Shown: positions 1 to 9,279 of the stretch, piece by piece
How the letters are laid out: each line of letters opens with the position of its first letter
Numbering within the stretch: position 1 is the first letter of the stretch
NCBI GenBank assembly: GCA_038205015.1
Contig: JBBRCK010000002.1
Location: 33,913-97,912 of the forward strand
Length of the DNA stretch: 64,000 nt
Source of the DNA: Candidatus Levyibacteriota bacterium
Lineage (GTDB): Bacteria; Patescibacteriota; Microgenomatia; Levybacterales; UBA12049
Reading direction: 5' to 3'
Position numbers and translations under genes: made by a program
Notes under the pieces: model-generated
What the model saw: only the letters and a program-made list of their open reading frames with translations
Databases searched by the model: none
Told to the model about the DNA's origin: nothing

Positions 1-1163
1 ACATACCCTGCAAGCATAGATGTACAAAAGGATACTAAAATAAGAAGTCTTGTAGAGAATTGCGCAAGATCTAGAGTTGGAATTATTGACCAGATAGGCC
101 GTGAGATTGGAGTTAATAAGAATAATAAGATAGAAAATAAGGATAACCAAAATATAATAAAAGTTTTATATTTTAATTTAACTTTATTGGTTAATATTGC
201 AATTATAGAAAGAGTAACTACAGCCAATTGAGTGTATCCAATAACATAAGATAACTCGCCGTTTGGTCCTTGAAATAGAAATCCAAATCTCCATGGGGAA
301 TAAAATAATTGCCAAAAAGGTACAAATATAATCGCAGAAGTGATGCTTTTATGATAATTTGTAAACTGTAATAACAATATGTCTGCAATCCAAGCATGCA
401 TAGAAAGAATTATGCCTATTGTTGCAGTTAACAGTAGGTATTTAATAATTTGTATTTTGTTTTGATTTTTCCAGATTTTAAAATAAATATATGGAAGAAT
501 AATCAATCCAGCAAAAACAGTTGAAGGAGAGTGAGCGAGATATGATAAATATAGTATTACTCCGGTCCAGATAGACAGGAGTAAACTTTGTTTATCAATA
601 ATTTTTTTAAAACAATATAGTAAAAGAGGAATAAAAAGAAAACCGGCGATTTCTCCGCCTGTTGCACGAAAATGTAAATTAACTAAATGATAAGGAGAAA
701 ATAAATAAAATGTTGCTGCGACGAAAGCAGCTTTTTTATCTTTGAATTCTTCGAATGCAAATTTAAACATTACTATTCCAGAAAGAATAAAACATGATCC
801 TAAAAATATTTTCATGCTGTCAATAAAAGAAAATCCAATAATATGTAAAAATGAAACAAAGTAATATAGAAGTACATAGCTAAAAATAAATAACGGATAT
901 CCATAACTACTATTTAAATCTCCGCCCCATGATGGAATCAATTGTCCATCTTTTAAATTATTGTAAAAAGACATTGCATTTCTAATATGAATGTTAAAAT
1001 CACCACTTTCATAATCTCCTGGTCTAAAAATGCTTACAATAGGTAAAATAGATATTAAAATAAGTAGGACAAAAAAATTAATCTTTTTCTTTGGGAAAAT
1101 ATATTTATAAATTATAGTTCCAGTCAAAAGTAAACCAGATAAAACTAAATTTATAAAAGCCAT
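1..1163 (-). CDS. Partial polytopic membrane protein, YfhO/GT-C-like putative glycosyltransferase. The N-terminus is at 1163 and the C-terminus runs off the window start.
   Basis: Not in the ORF track. Manual reverse-strand translation from ATG 1163..1161 gives at least 387 codons with no stop (MAFINLVLSGLLLTGTIIYKYIFPKK...HIRNAMSFYNNLKDGQLIPSWGGDLNSSYGYPLFIF...). It is multi-TM, and its R..N...P.W...G.P loop motif resembles the YfhO-like protein at 20482-22863. Confidence 0.5.
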   Translation of the reverse strand, partial: MAFINLVLSGLLLTGTIIYKYIFPKKKINFFVLLILISILPIVSIFRPGDYESGDFNIHIRNAMSFYNNLKDGQLIPSWGGDLNSSYGYPLFIFSYVLLYYFVSFLHIIGFSFIDSMKIFLGSCFILSGIVMFKFAFEEFKDKKAAFVAATFYLFSPYHLVNLHFRATGGEIAGFLFIPLLLYCFKKIIDKQSLLLSIWTGVILYLSYLAHSPSTVFAGLIILPYIYFKIWKNQNKIQIIKYLLLTATIGIILSMHAWIADILLLQFTNYHKSITSAIIFVPFWQLFYSPWRFGFLFQGPNGELSYVIGYTQLAVVTLSIIAILTNKVKLKYKTFIIFWLSLFSILLFLLTPISRPIWSIIPTLDLAQFSTRLLILVSFCTSMLAGY

Positions 1164-1216
1164 TCTATGGAGATCAAACATGATGATATAATAGCTTTGT
1201 AAATTTATAATATCAA

Positions 1217-1663
1217 GTGAAATTATTGTTTATGAAAAAAGTATTCTTGAGTTTATTTTTTCTATGGATTATTTTAAGTATTTTAACTTTGCCTTATAAT
1301 GCTTTAAATACGGTTTTAGATATTAAATCATGGTTTTTTTTAACAGATAACCAAAAAAGAGAAAAGATCTTCGGGGATACATATGATTATATTTATTTTA
1401 TAAATTCAAAAACACCAAAAAATTCAAATATCTATATATTTTCAAAAGATGGTAAAATTGGTTTAATTGCAAGATATTTCCTTTATCCCCGCAAGCTCTA
1501 TGTGACTAAAGATGATAGTAATTTAATTAATCTTTTAAAGCATGAATCCTTTGATTATATTTCTCTTTATGATAAAGAGAAAATAATACAAAATTATAAA
1601 TTATTTGCTAAATATCAATCAAAAACTACATTTCATTTTGGAATAATTTATAAGAAAATATGA
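1217..1663 (+). CDS. Hypothetical membrane-anchored protein with an N-terminal TM helix and a soluble domain.
   Basis: 148-aa ORF with a hydrophobic N-terminus. Its stop overlaps the next gene's start (ATGA at 1660). Confidence 0.35.
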   Translation: MKLLFMKKVFLSLFFLWIILSILTLPYNALNTVLDIKSWFFLTDNQKREKIFGDTYDYIYFINSKTPKNSNIYIFSKDGKIGLIARYFLYPRKLYVTKDDSNLINLLKHESFDYISLYDKEKIIQNYKLFAKYQSKTTFHFGIIYKKI

Positions 1664-3024
1664 TTGACATAATTTTAACTTCGTTAGCAATATCTTTTGT
1701 TGCATTATTAGGATTTTCAATAATCAAATATTTTAGCTTATGGTCGGAAGCGGATAATCTTTCAATTGCTGCAGTTTCTTATGGTTTAGGTGTTGGGCTC
1801 ATTTCTATGCAGTTGTATATTTATTCCAGAATCGGCTTGCAGTGGAGTAGAGAATTAATAATGTTTCCCTGGTTTATGCTTATGCTATTTGTTTTTATAA
1901 ATAATATACATAGCCTATCTAAATTCAAAATCCCTAAGTTTAATATTACTTCAGGAATTAATCTTATCCTTTTGTTTTTTATTATTGCAGCAGCGAGTTA
2001 TACTTTTTTTGAAGCTTTAATTCGTCCGGTTAGCGTTTGGGATGCTGTAGCGATTTGGATGAACAAATCAAAAATCTTTTATTTTGACCAAAGCATAACG
2101 ACTAATCTGCTATATTTATTTGATTTTGGTTATCCGTTGGTAGTTAGTTTATTTGGAACTTTTATATATATAATTCTGGGTCACATAAATGATTCCGCAG
2201 TGCTTTTGACTTCGTTTGCTTTTTACTTTTTTACGGCTCTTTTATTATTTTCCACTATTAAGAAAAGATTTGGTTTAACATATGCATTAATTTTTACTTT
2301 TCTTTTTGTTACAACTCAAAATTTTGTTAGGCATGGTGGGAGAATGGAGGCAGGTCAAGCTGATCTACCGCTTGGGTATTATACTTTTGTTTGCCTAATA
2401 TTGCTCTTAGATTATTTTAAACAAAATAAAGCTAAATTACTGTCACTTCTCTCAATATATTTGGGAATTACTGGACTTATAAAATCTGAAGCTCTATTTA
2501 TTACTATTGCGATTGTAATTCCAATTATATATCAAATTTATAAAACTAAGCATTATAACCATTTAATTATTCTCTTCTTTTGGGTTTTACCAATAATTGA
2601 TTGGCAGCTATACAAAAACGATATAGCTAAGCCGCCTAATTTTTACCCGTTTTATCAAAACATCCTATCCTGGCAAAGAGTGGTTAATACTTTATTAGGA
2701 ATGGTAAAAGAGTTTATAAATATAAAAAGCTGGAATATGCTTTGGATAGTGTATTTTTATTCTTTCTTAATAGTAAAAATAAAGAATAAAAAGGAATTAA
2801 TAATTATAAATACAATTATACTTTCACAAATCTTTATATATTTTTTAATTTATATTTTAAATTCTGCCTTTAATCCAGAAAGTTCTGCCGAAAGATTATA
2901 TGTTCATATTGCACCATTAGTTTTCTTCTATCTTGCAATAGTTTTCTGGAAATTAATAGACTTAAAAGATTTAAGAAAAAGCATTATGTTACTCTTTTCT
3001 AAAGTTAGTTCATTATTTAATTAA
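1660..3024 (+). CDS. Polytopic membrane protein, putative GT-C/YfhO-like glycosyltransferase.
   Basis: 454 aa with many TM helices. Loop motif RPVSVWDAVAIW...DFGYPL resembles the other GT-C-like paralogs in this window. Confidence 0.4.
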   Translation: MIDIILTSLAISFVALLGFSIIKYFSLWSEADNLSIAAVSYGLGVGLISMQLYIYSRIGLQWSRELIMFPWFMLMLFVFINNIHSLSKFKIPKFNITSGINLILLFFIIAAASYTFFEALIRPVSVWDAVAIWMNKSKIFYFDQSITTNLLYLFDFGYPLVVSLFGTFIYIILGHINDSAVLLTSFAFYFFTALLLFSTIKKRFGLTYALIFTFLFVTTQNFVRHGGRMEAGQADLPLGYYTFVCLILLLDYFKQNKAKLLSLLSIYLGITGLIKSEALFITIAIVIPIIYQIYKTKHYNHLIILFFWVLPIIDWQLYKNDIAKPPNFYPFYQNILSWQRVVNTLLGMVKEFINIKSWNMLWIVYFYSFLIVKIKNKKELIIINTIILSQIFIYFLIYILNSAFNPESSAERLYVHIAPLVFFYLAIVFWKLIDLKDLRKSIMLLFSKVSSLFN

Positions 3025-3050
3025 AGAATGTTATAATTCCAACCACTATT

Positions 3051-5642
3051 ATGGTTAAGGTAAGAGCAACATTAATTTGCACAATATTTAACGAAGAAAA
3101 AAACATTGAAAGCTTCATAAAATCTATTGCAAAGCAAACAGTTATTCCAAACGAAATTATTATTGTGGATGGCGGAAGTAAAGATAATACAGATGTTGTA
3201 CTTAAGAGATTAATAGAAAAATATGCCAACAAACTTAAGATAATATTTTTACAAAAGATGGGAAATAGGTCTATTGGCAGAAATGAGGCAATCAAAAATT
3301 CTTCTAACGAAATAATTCTTTGTACCGATTCGGGAAATTTATTGGATAAAAACTGGGTAAAAGAAATTACCAGACCCTTTTCTAATAAAAGGGTAGAAGT
3401 TGTAGCAGGATACTATAAAGGGATTGGAAAGACAGCGTTTGAAAAATGCATGATTCCTTATGCTCTCGTAATGAAAGAAAGGATAAATAAGAATAATTTT
3501 TTACCTGCAACAAGGTCTATGGCATTTAAAAAAAATATTTGGAAAAAGGTAGGTGAATTCAATGAAAAATTTTCTCACAATGAAGATTATGATTTTGCAA
3601 ACAAACTTAAAAGTAGGAATGCAAAAATTGTATTTACAGACAAAGCGATTGTAAGTTGGTTTCCTAGAAGAAATTTAAAGCAGGCATTTGTTATGTTTTT
3701 TAGGTTTGCTTTTGGTGACGGAGAATCAGGGAATTTGCGAGAAAAGGTGTTATATATATTCTTAAGATATTTTTTGTTATTTTATTTGCTTTTTCTTGAT
3801 TATTTATACAAATCTAAAATTTTATCGATAATTATTAGTTTAGGAGTTGTAGCTTATCTGTCTTGGTCTATTGCAAAAAATACTAAGTATATAAATGACT
3901 CAAAAAAATATTTTTTACTTCCTCTAATTCAATTGACATCTGATATTGCAGTAATGGTTGGTACGAGTTTGGGGGTTATAAAGCGTGTTATTAATTTAGA
4001 TTTTAAAGCTGTGTTTTTACATAATAAGGGGTTATTTTTTATCTTAATTGTTTATATATTAACAGTTTTGTCTTCAATTACGTGGGGTATTCCAAATCAG
4101 AATCACCCATTTTTATACCATATGGATGAATGGCATCAGCTTCAATCTGTAAGGTTTGTTTTTCAATATGGAAGTCCAAATTTTCAAGCATCTGCGAACG
4201 GACCTATGTTTCATTTCTTTCTCTCAGGAATTTATCTTTCCCCCTTTGTTTTACTAAAAATTGTAAATCCTTTCACAATAAAATCTGCTATAGATGCGAT
4301 AAACATGCAACATTTAATATTTATTATTCTTCGTTTGAATACCTTATTGTTTGGTGTACTAACTTTACTTACTATTTATAAGACTTCAAAGATTTTAAAA
4401 ATTAAATCAATGCTTCCAATTGTATTACTTGCATTTACTCCGGTTTGGATAATGTTAAGCAATAATTTTAAGTATGATATTGCACTTACGTTTTGGCTGA
4501 CATTTTCAATATATTGTTTTTTAAGATACTTTAAAAACCCTATAATTCATAATTTAGTTTTACTTTGTATCGTATCTGCATTGACTCTATCAGTTAAGGT
4601 TACGGGAATTCCACTTATTGGATTAATTATTGTAAGTTTCTTTTTATTTTCCAATAATCCTTTTAATAGGATAAAAGATTTAGTTATTGGATTAATTTCC
4701 TATTTTTTGATTGTAATTTTCTTTGGAATTCCGGATATTATATTTAATGGAAAAAGTATTTATGAATATTTATATTCAAATTTAACTTTAACAGCTAATT
4801 TGTCAAATTATGTTAAAACTGGATACTCCACTTTTTCTTTTATAATGTTACATAATTTTCCTACAATTTTTGGCCATCCATTATTTTTATTGTTTTGCTT
4901 ATCGCTTATCTACTTCTTAAAATTAATACGTGAAAGCGTAATTAATAAAGAAAAGATTTATAAATTTTATTTAATTATATTGTTGTACTTTATTATTTTT
5001 ATTTTTAGTTTTTATCCGATTATTAATTTGGGACCATCAGCAAACAGAGTTTTAGTTATATTACCCGCAATGGTGTTAATAATAGCTATCTCAGTAAGCG
5101 AATTTATTAAAAACTTGAGTGGTAACAAGAAAATATTAGTGATTTTTATACTATTTATTTGTATTTTTTTACAAATTTTTGAAACTTATTGTTGGGTTTT
5201 ATTAAAACATACTCCTGCTCCTCAAGAAACATCTTCTTCCTGGGTTTTAAAAAATATAAAACCATATACTACAATAGGTTTAGAAAATATACCTTTATAT
5301 CAAAAAGAACCTGACATTGTTCTAAAAGAATTTTATAATAAGCAGTATAAAACGAATTTGAAATTAAAATATAATTATCAAATTGTAGATTACAATACCA
5401 AAAATCTTCCGGAAGTAATAATTGTATCGGACGTGAAATTATCAGAGGAGTCTGAGAGAAATACCTCGAAAATTAATCTTATAAATAAATTAAATAAGGA
5501 AAATTATAAAATTATTACTACCTTTTCGCCAGCTTTAAATTTTTATTATTTTTTTGGTAATACATTTAATTTTGTTTCATCTGGTCTTATAGCATATCCG
5601 GGAGATATTACAATTTTTAAGAAAAATAACATGCAGAATTAA
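3051..5642 (+). CDS. Fusion protein: N-terminal GT2 glycosyltransferase (polyprenyl-phosphate sugar synthase-like) joined to a C-terminal PMT/ArnT-like GT-C membrane glycosyltransferase.
   Basis: 863 aa. N-terminus LICTIFNEEKNIESFI...IIIVDGGSKDNT...CTDSGN is GT2-like. About 14 TM segments follow, carrying a DE loop motif (YHMDEWH), with a C-terminal soluble domain. Confidence 0.6.
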   Translation: MVKVRATLICTIFNEEKNIESFIKSIAKQTVIPNEIIIVDGGSKDNTDVVLKRLIEKYANKLKIIFLQKMGNRSIGRNEAIKNSSNEIILCTDSGNLLDKNWVKEITRPFSNKRVEVVAGYYKGIGKTAFEKCMIPYALVMKERINKNNFLPATRSMAFKKNIWKKVGEFNEKFSHNEDYDFANKLKSRNAKIVFTDKAIVSWFPRRNLKQAFVMFFRFAFGDGESGNLREKVLYIFLRYFLLFYLLFLDYLYKSKILSIIISLGVVAYLSWSIAKNTKYINDSKKYFLLPLIQLTSDIAVMVGTSLGVIKRVINLDFKAVFLHNKGLFFILIVYILTVLSSITWGIPNQNHPFLYHMDEWHQLQSVRFVFQYGSPNFQASANGPMFHFFLSGIYLSPFVLLKIVNPFTIKSAIDAINMQHLIFIILRLNTLLFGVLTLLTIYKTSKILKIKSMLPIVLLAFTPVWIMLSNNFKYDIALTFWLTFSIYCFLRYFKNPIIHNLVLLCIVSALTLSVKVTGIPLIGLIIVSFFLFSNNPFNRIKDLVIGLISYFLIVIFFGIPDIIFNGKSIYEYLYSNLTLTANLSNYVKTGYSTFSFIMLHNFPTIFGHPLFLLFCLSLIYFLKLIRESVINKEKIYKFYLIILLYFIIFIFSFYPIINLGPSANRVLVILPAMVLIIAISVSEFIKNLSGNKKILVIFILFICIFLQIFETYCWVLLKHTPAPQETSSSWVLKNIKPYTTIGLENIPLYQKEPDIVLKEFYNKQYKTNLKLKYNYQIVDYNTKNLPEVIIVSDVKLSEESERNTSKINLINKLNKENYKIITTFSPALNFYYFFGNTFNFVSSGLIAYPGDITIFKKNNMQN

Positions 5643-5699
5643 AGAATGAGAACTAATATAGATTATGATGTTATTCTTTGTTAAAATACTATATGTTTT

Positions 5700-6230
5700 A
5701 TGAAATTTACTAAAACTTTTATTTCTGGATTAATTGTTATTGAATTTGATAAATTTGACGACGAAAGAGGATATCTTGCTAAATTTTTTGACAAAGAAAC
5801 CTACAAAAAAAATAATATTAAATTAGATTTAACACAGGTAAAATATTCTTCTACTAAGAAAAAAGGTACTATTCGTGGGCCACATATGCAATTCAAGCCT
5901 GATGAGGAAGCAAAAATAGTTCATTGTTTGAAGGGAAGAATTTTCGATGTGGTTTTGGATTTGAGGCCAAAATCAAAAACATACGGAAAATGGTTTGGAG
6001 AAGCTATGTCAGATAAAAATAAAAAAAGTTTATACATACCAAAAGGACTTGCCCATGGTTACCAAACTTTAACTAATGACTGTGATGTTTTGTATATGAT
6101 GTCCGGGCATTTTTCTAAAACAAATTATGTTGGTGTTAGATGGGATGATCCACATTTTAATATTACTTGGCCTTTAAAACCTACTTTGATTGCAGAAAAA
6201 GACCTTAAGCGGCCATTGTTTAATAAATAG
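5700..6230 (+). CDS. rmlC: dTDP-4-dehydrorhamnose 3,5-epimerase.
   Basis: 176 aa cupin. Motifs GIRGPHMQF, LKGRIFDVVLDLR and KSLYIPKGLAHGYQTL are typical of RmlC. Confidence 0.85.
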   Translation: MKFTKTFISGLIVIEFDKFDDERGYLAKFFDKETYKKNNIKLDLTQVKYSSTKKKGTIRGPHMQFKPDEEAKIVHCLKGRIFDVVLDLRPKSKTYGKWFGEAMSDKNKKSLYIPKGLAHGYQTLTNDCDVLYMMSGHFSKTNYVGVRWDDPHFNITWPLKPTLIAEKDLKRPLFNK

Positions 6231-6232
6231 TT

Positions 6233-7099
6233 ATGATTGATTTACTAATTATTGGGAAGGACGGGCAGCTTGGTAAAGCGTTTGTGAAAGCCTCGAGAGA
6301 ACAAAAACTTAGCTTCAAGGCATATTCAAAAGACGAACTTGATATCACAAAAAATTTACACGTAGAAAAAATACTAAAGAAAATTAAGCCAAAAATTATT
6401 ATTAATACCTCTGCATTTCACGTTACCGCGCTTTGTGAAAAGAAACCCCTTGATGCATTTAAAGTTAATTGCATAGCAGTTTCAAATTTGGCAAAATTGG
6501 CTAAAGCAGTTAATGCGAGATTTGTTACCTATAGCACAAATTATGTATTTGATGGTAAAAAAGGTCAACCATACTTTGAAAACGATATTGTAAACCCACT
6601 GCAAATGTATGGATTAAGTAAGCTTGCAGGAGAAATGTCAGCTTTAAATGAATATCCTAGTGGAACTTACATCATAAGAACTTGCGGAGTTTACGGAGGA
6701 GGGTATTCGGGTAGCAAAAGTAAAAAAGGGAATTACGTTCTAAAAATTTTAAATGAAGCAAGGACTAACGAAGTAATACGCGCAAGTACTAAGCAAATTG
6801 TAAATCCAACATATGCCGGAGATTTAGCGAAATACTCAATAAGTTTATTGAAATTAAATCCAAAGCCAGGTATATATCACCTTGCTAGCGAAGGTTTTTG
6901 CAGTTGGTACGACTTTGCAAAGAAAATACTGGAATATAAAAAAATTAATGTAAAACTAATTCCGTTTGAAAGTAATGAAGAAAATATAAATTTTCAAAGT
7001 CCACTTTTTTCAGCTCTTCAAAATAGTAAAGCTAAGAAGCTTGGAATTGTTTTACCAAGTATAGAAGATGGATTATTTAAGTATCTGGTAGAAATTTAA
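6233..7099 (+). CDS. rmlD: dTDP-4-dehydrorhamnose reductase.
   Basis: 288 aa SDR. Motifs IINTSAFHVTALCEKKPLDAFKVN, YSTNYVFDG and YGLSKLAGE are typical of RmlD. Confidence 0.85.
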   Translation: MIDLLIIGKDGQLGKAFVKASREQKLSFKAYSKDELDITKNLHVEKILKKIKPKIIINTSAFHVTALCEKKPLDAFKVNCIAVSNLAKLAKAVNARFVTYSTNYVFDGKKGQPYFENDIVNPLQMYGLSKLAGEMSALNEYPSGTYIIRTCGVYGGGYSGSKSKKGNYVLKILNEARTNEVIRASTKQIVNPTYAGDLAKYSISLLKLNPKPGIYHLASEGFCSWYDFAKKILEYKKINVKLIPFESNEENINFQSPLFSALQNSKAKKLGIVLPSIEDGLFKYLVEI

Positions 7100-7101
7100 G
7101 T

Positions 7102-7338
7102 ATGAAGAAAATAATTTTTTATACGACTATTTTGTATTTAATCTTTTTGATTATTTTTAGATTTTCTTTTAGATATTTTAGAACTTTTTTTCTTCCTCCG
7201 GAAATTTCAGGATTTAAAATAGTCGGTTATTCTCAGTACTTTGGGTATCCATTCTATTATGATACTGTAGTATTTTTTCTTTTAGTTTTAGTTCCAAGTT
7301 TAATATTTTTAATCTTTATGCTGCACCATAAGAAATGA
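7102..7338 (+). CDS. Small 2-TM membrane protein, hypothetical.
   Basis: 78 aa with two hydrophobic helices. Translationally coupled to the flanking genes. Confidence 0.3.
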   Translation: MKKIIFYTTILYLIFLIIFRFSFRYFRTFFLPPEISGFKIVGYSQYFGYPFYYDTVVFFLLVLVPSLIFLIFMLHHKK

Positions 7339-9275
7339 AGAAGCTATATTTATATATTAAGAAGAATATTTTTGAAGTAATATTTATTGTAATTATTGAT
7401 ACACTAATTTCTATAATTAATTATTTCTTCTTGCACATAAGCGATTTAAAACTTTCAAATTTTGACTTACAGACATTTTTGACTTGGTATTATGCTGCTT
7501 CTAGAAACTTAATCCCATATAAAGATTTATATTATCCTTATGGTTTACTTTCGTATTATAGACAAGAAAATATATATTTTTCCTTAATTTACATATTTAT
7601 TTCGGTTTTAGCTTTTAATGTTACATTTTATATATTTAAAATAGTTTTTAAACAAAATTTTCTTTCATATGCTGTATCAATTATTTTTTTAGTATTTATT
7701 CTGCTAATCCCCGGTTTAGAGACATTTAATAGATATGGAGTTTCATTTGCTTTAACACTAATCATATCTTACGTATTTTTTGTTACAAAAACATCTAAAA
7801 AAATACTATTCGCTTTGGGATTTATTATTTCTACTATTTTTTGGATGCTTCATGATCAAGGAATTTATGCATACATTATTTTTGCTGTATTCTTTTTTAG
7901 TAAAGAAATTAATAAGTTTATGCTTTATAAGAATAAACTTAGATTTTTCGGTGAGTTCTTTAAAAATACTTTTTCTTTTTTATTTGGATGCTTCATTGGT
8001 TTATTTATTTTTCTTATATATCTTATAAAACATAATGCAGTTAGTGAATTTTGGTATTACTTAACAGTAAGCCTTCCTGAGTTTCCAGTTTTGTCTAAGA
8101 CACCTTTTTTTAACTTTCTCTTTACGTTTAACAACCTGTTTTCAATTGCCGTACTATGCCTTTCGATATTTTTTGTTATTTATAAATTACTTAAAAAACG
8201 AAAGAAGTCTTTATTTATGTATATCGAAATTGGATTAATTATTCTAATTTTGTTATTTGAACAAAAAAATGTTATCCGTTCGATTTCAATCTCATTTACA
8301 TTTGTATCTTTTGCGTTGTTATTTATCGTTTTATTTGACTTTATTATTTTGAATAAAAAAAATATTAGAGGTTTAAAACCATTAAAGCTCACTTATTTAT
8401 TGATTCTATTATTTATTACTATCGTATTTTACTTTTCAAATTATAATTTTAATACTTTTTTTACAAATAAAAATAATTCTTCAACTTATAATAGTCATAT
8501 TGCAGTAATTAATAAATTAAGAACATATAGTCAATTTAATAATAAGATTTTTAGCTTTCCCGGTGATCCAATTTTTTACACATTGCTTAAACAAATCCCA
8601 CCTTACTTTACTAGTATTTACGAAGCATCATCTGAACAGTCACAGCAAAGGATAATTGATTATATGAAAAACAATAATATTTGGTACGTAGTGATTAATA
8701 TAGGTAATAAATCAATTCAAGATACCGTGCCTAACTATATACGTGGGGTTTATGAATTAAAGTATATTCTTAATAATTATTCAGTAAAGGATACTGTTAG
8801 TAATTTTTTAATATTAGAAAGAAATTCTAATAAAGATTTTTTTACTAAAAGCAATGATTACAAAGTACAAGAATATATAAATTATCTTTTAAATGTTAAT
8901 TTGGAATCAATTCCATATTCTGAAGGCATATATAAATCTAGGTCTTTAATAAATAATATAATTATAATTAACGCTTCAAACAGTAGGTTATTAAATGAAT
9001 TTCTAAATAAAAATGTTGTAAATTCAAAAAACATAGTTTTAGTAGTAAAAAATAATATTAACTCTGCAAAATCGATTCAAATTAGTGTAAAATCAGAAAA
9101 CGACTTAAGCACAAACGTAAATTTTAAATCATGTGATCTAAAATTTTGTTATATTAATTTATCAAATCTGCCATTGTTTTATAAAAATAGAAGAATTAAG
9201 TCGATAAATTATAACGATAATTCTTTAGTTGGGCTTATAAAAGTTAACGATAATAGTATAAAAGAATTATGGTAA
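7335..9275 (+). CDS. Polytopic membrane protein (YfhO/GT-C-like N-terminal half) with an Asn-rich C-terminal extracytoplasmic domain.
   Basis: 646 aa. About 370 aa of TM helices carry the motif SRNLIPYKDLYYPYGLL. The C-terminal roughly 270 aa are hydrophilic and N-rich. The gene sits immediately upstream of a GtrB/CsbB-like GT2. Confidence 0.4.
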   Translation: MKKLYLYIKKNIFEVIFIVIIDTLISIINYFFLHISDLKLSNFDLQTFLTWYYAASRNLIPYKDLYYPYGLLSYYRQENIYFSLIYIFISVLAFNVTFYIFKIVFKQNFLSYAVSIIFLVFILLIPGLETFNRYGVSFALTLIISYVFFVTKTSKKILFALGFIISTIFWMLHDQGIYAYIIFAVFFFSKEINKFMLYKNKLRFFGEFFKNTFSFLFGCFIGLFIFLIYLIKHNAVSEFWYYLTVSLPEFPVLSKTPFFNFLFTFNNLFSIAVLCLSIFFVIYKLLKKRKKSLFMYIEIGLIILILLFEQKNVIRSISISFTFVSFALLFIVLFDFIILNKKNIRGLKPLKLTYLLILLFITIVFYFSNYNFNTFFTNKNNSSTYNSHIAVINKLRTYSQFNNKIFSFPGDPIFYTLLKQIPPYFTSIYEASSEQSQQRIIDYMKNNNIWYVVINIGNKSIQDTVPNYIRGVYELKYILNNYSVKDTVSNFLILERNSNKDFFTKSNDYKVQEYINYLLNVNLESIPYSEGIYKSRSLINNIIIINASNSRLLNEFLNKNVVNSKNIVLVVKNNINSAKSIQISVKSENDLSTNVNFKSCDLKFCYINLSNLPLFYKNRRIKSINYNDNSLVGLIKVNDNSIKELW

Positions 9276-9279
9276 TTTT

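Noticed and set aside
3017-3295. Short ORFs in the track nested in or antisense to long genes (3017-3295, 4130-4381, 7780-8028, 8180-8392, 15365-16150, 16836-17030, 18139-18333, 18868-19053, 19408-19629, 21708-21905, 27028-27234, 27590-27844, 28516-28800, 29717-30013, 30979-31461 and others).
   Set aside because: All lie inside or antisense to well-supported long CDSs in an AT-rich sequence where spurious 60-160-codon ORFs are expected. Their products are low-complexity with no recognisable motifs.
7102-7338. 78-aa 2-TM protein as a GtrA/GtcA-type lipid-sugar flippase.
   Set aside because: GtrA-family flippases have 4 TM helices and are about 120 aa. This ORF is too short, so the idea stays unsupported speculation.
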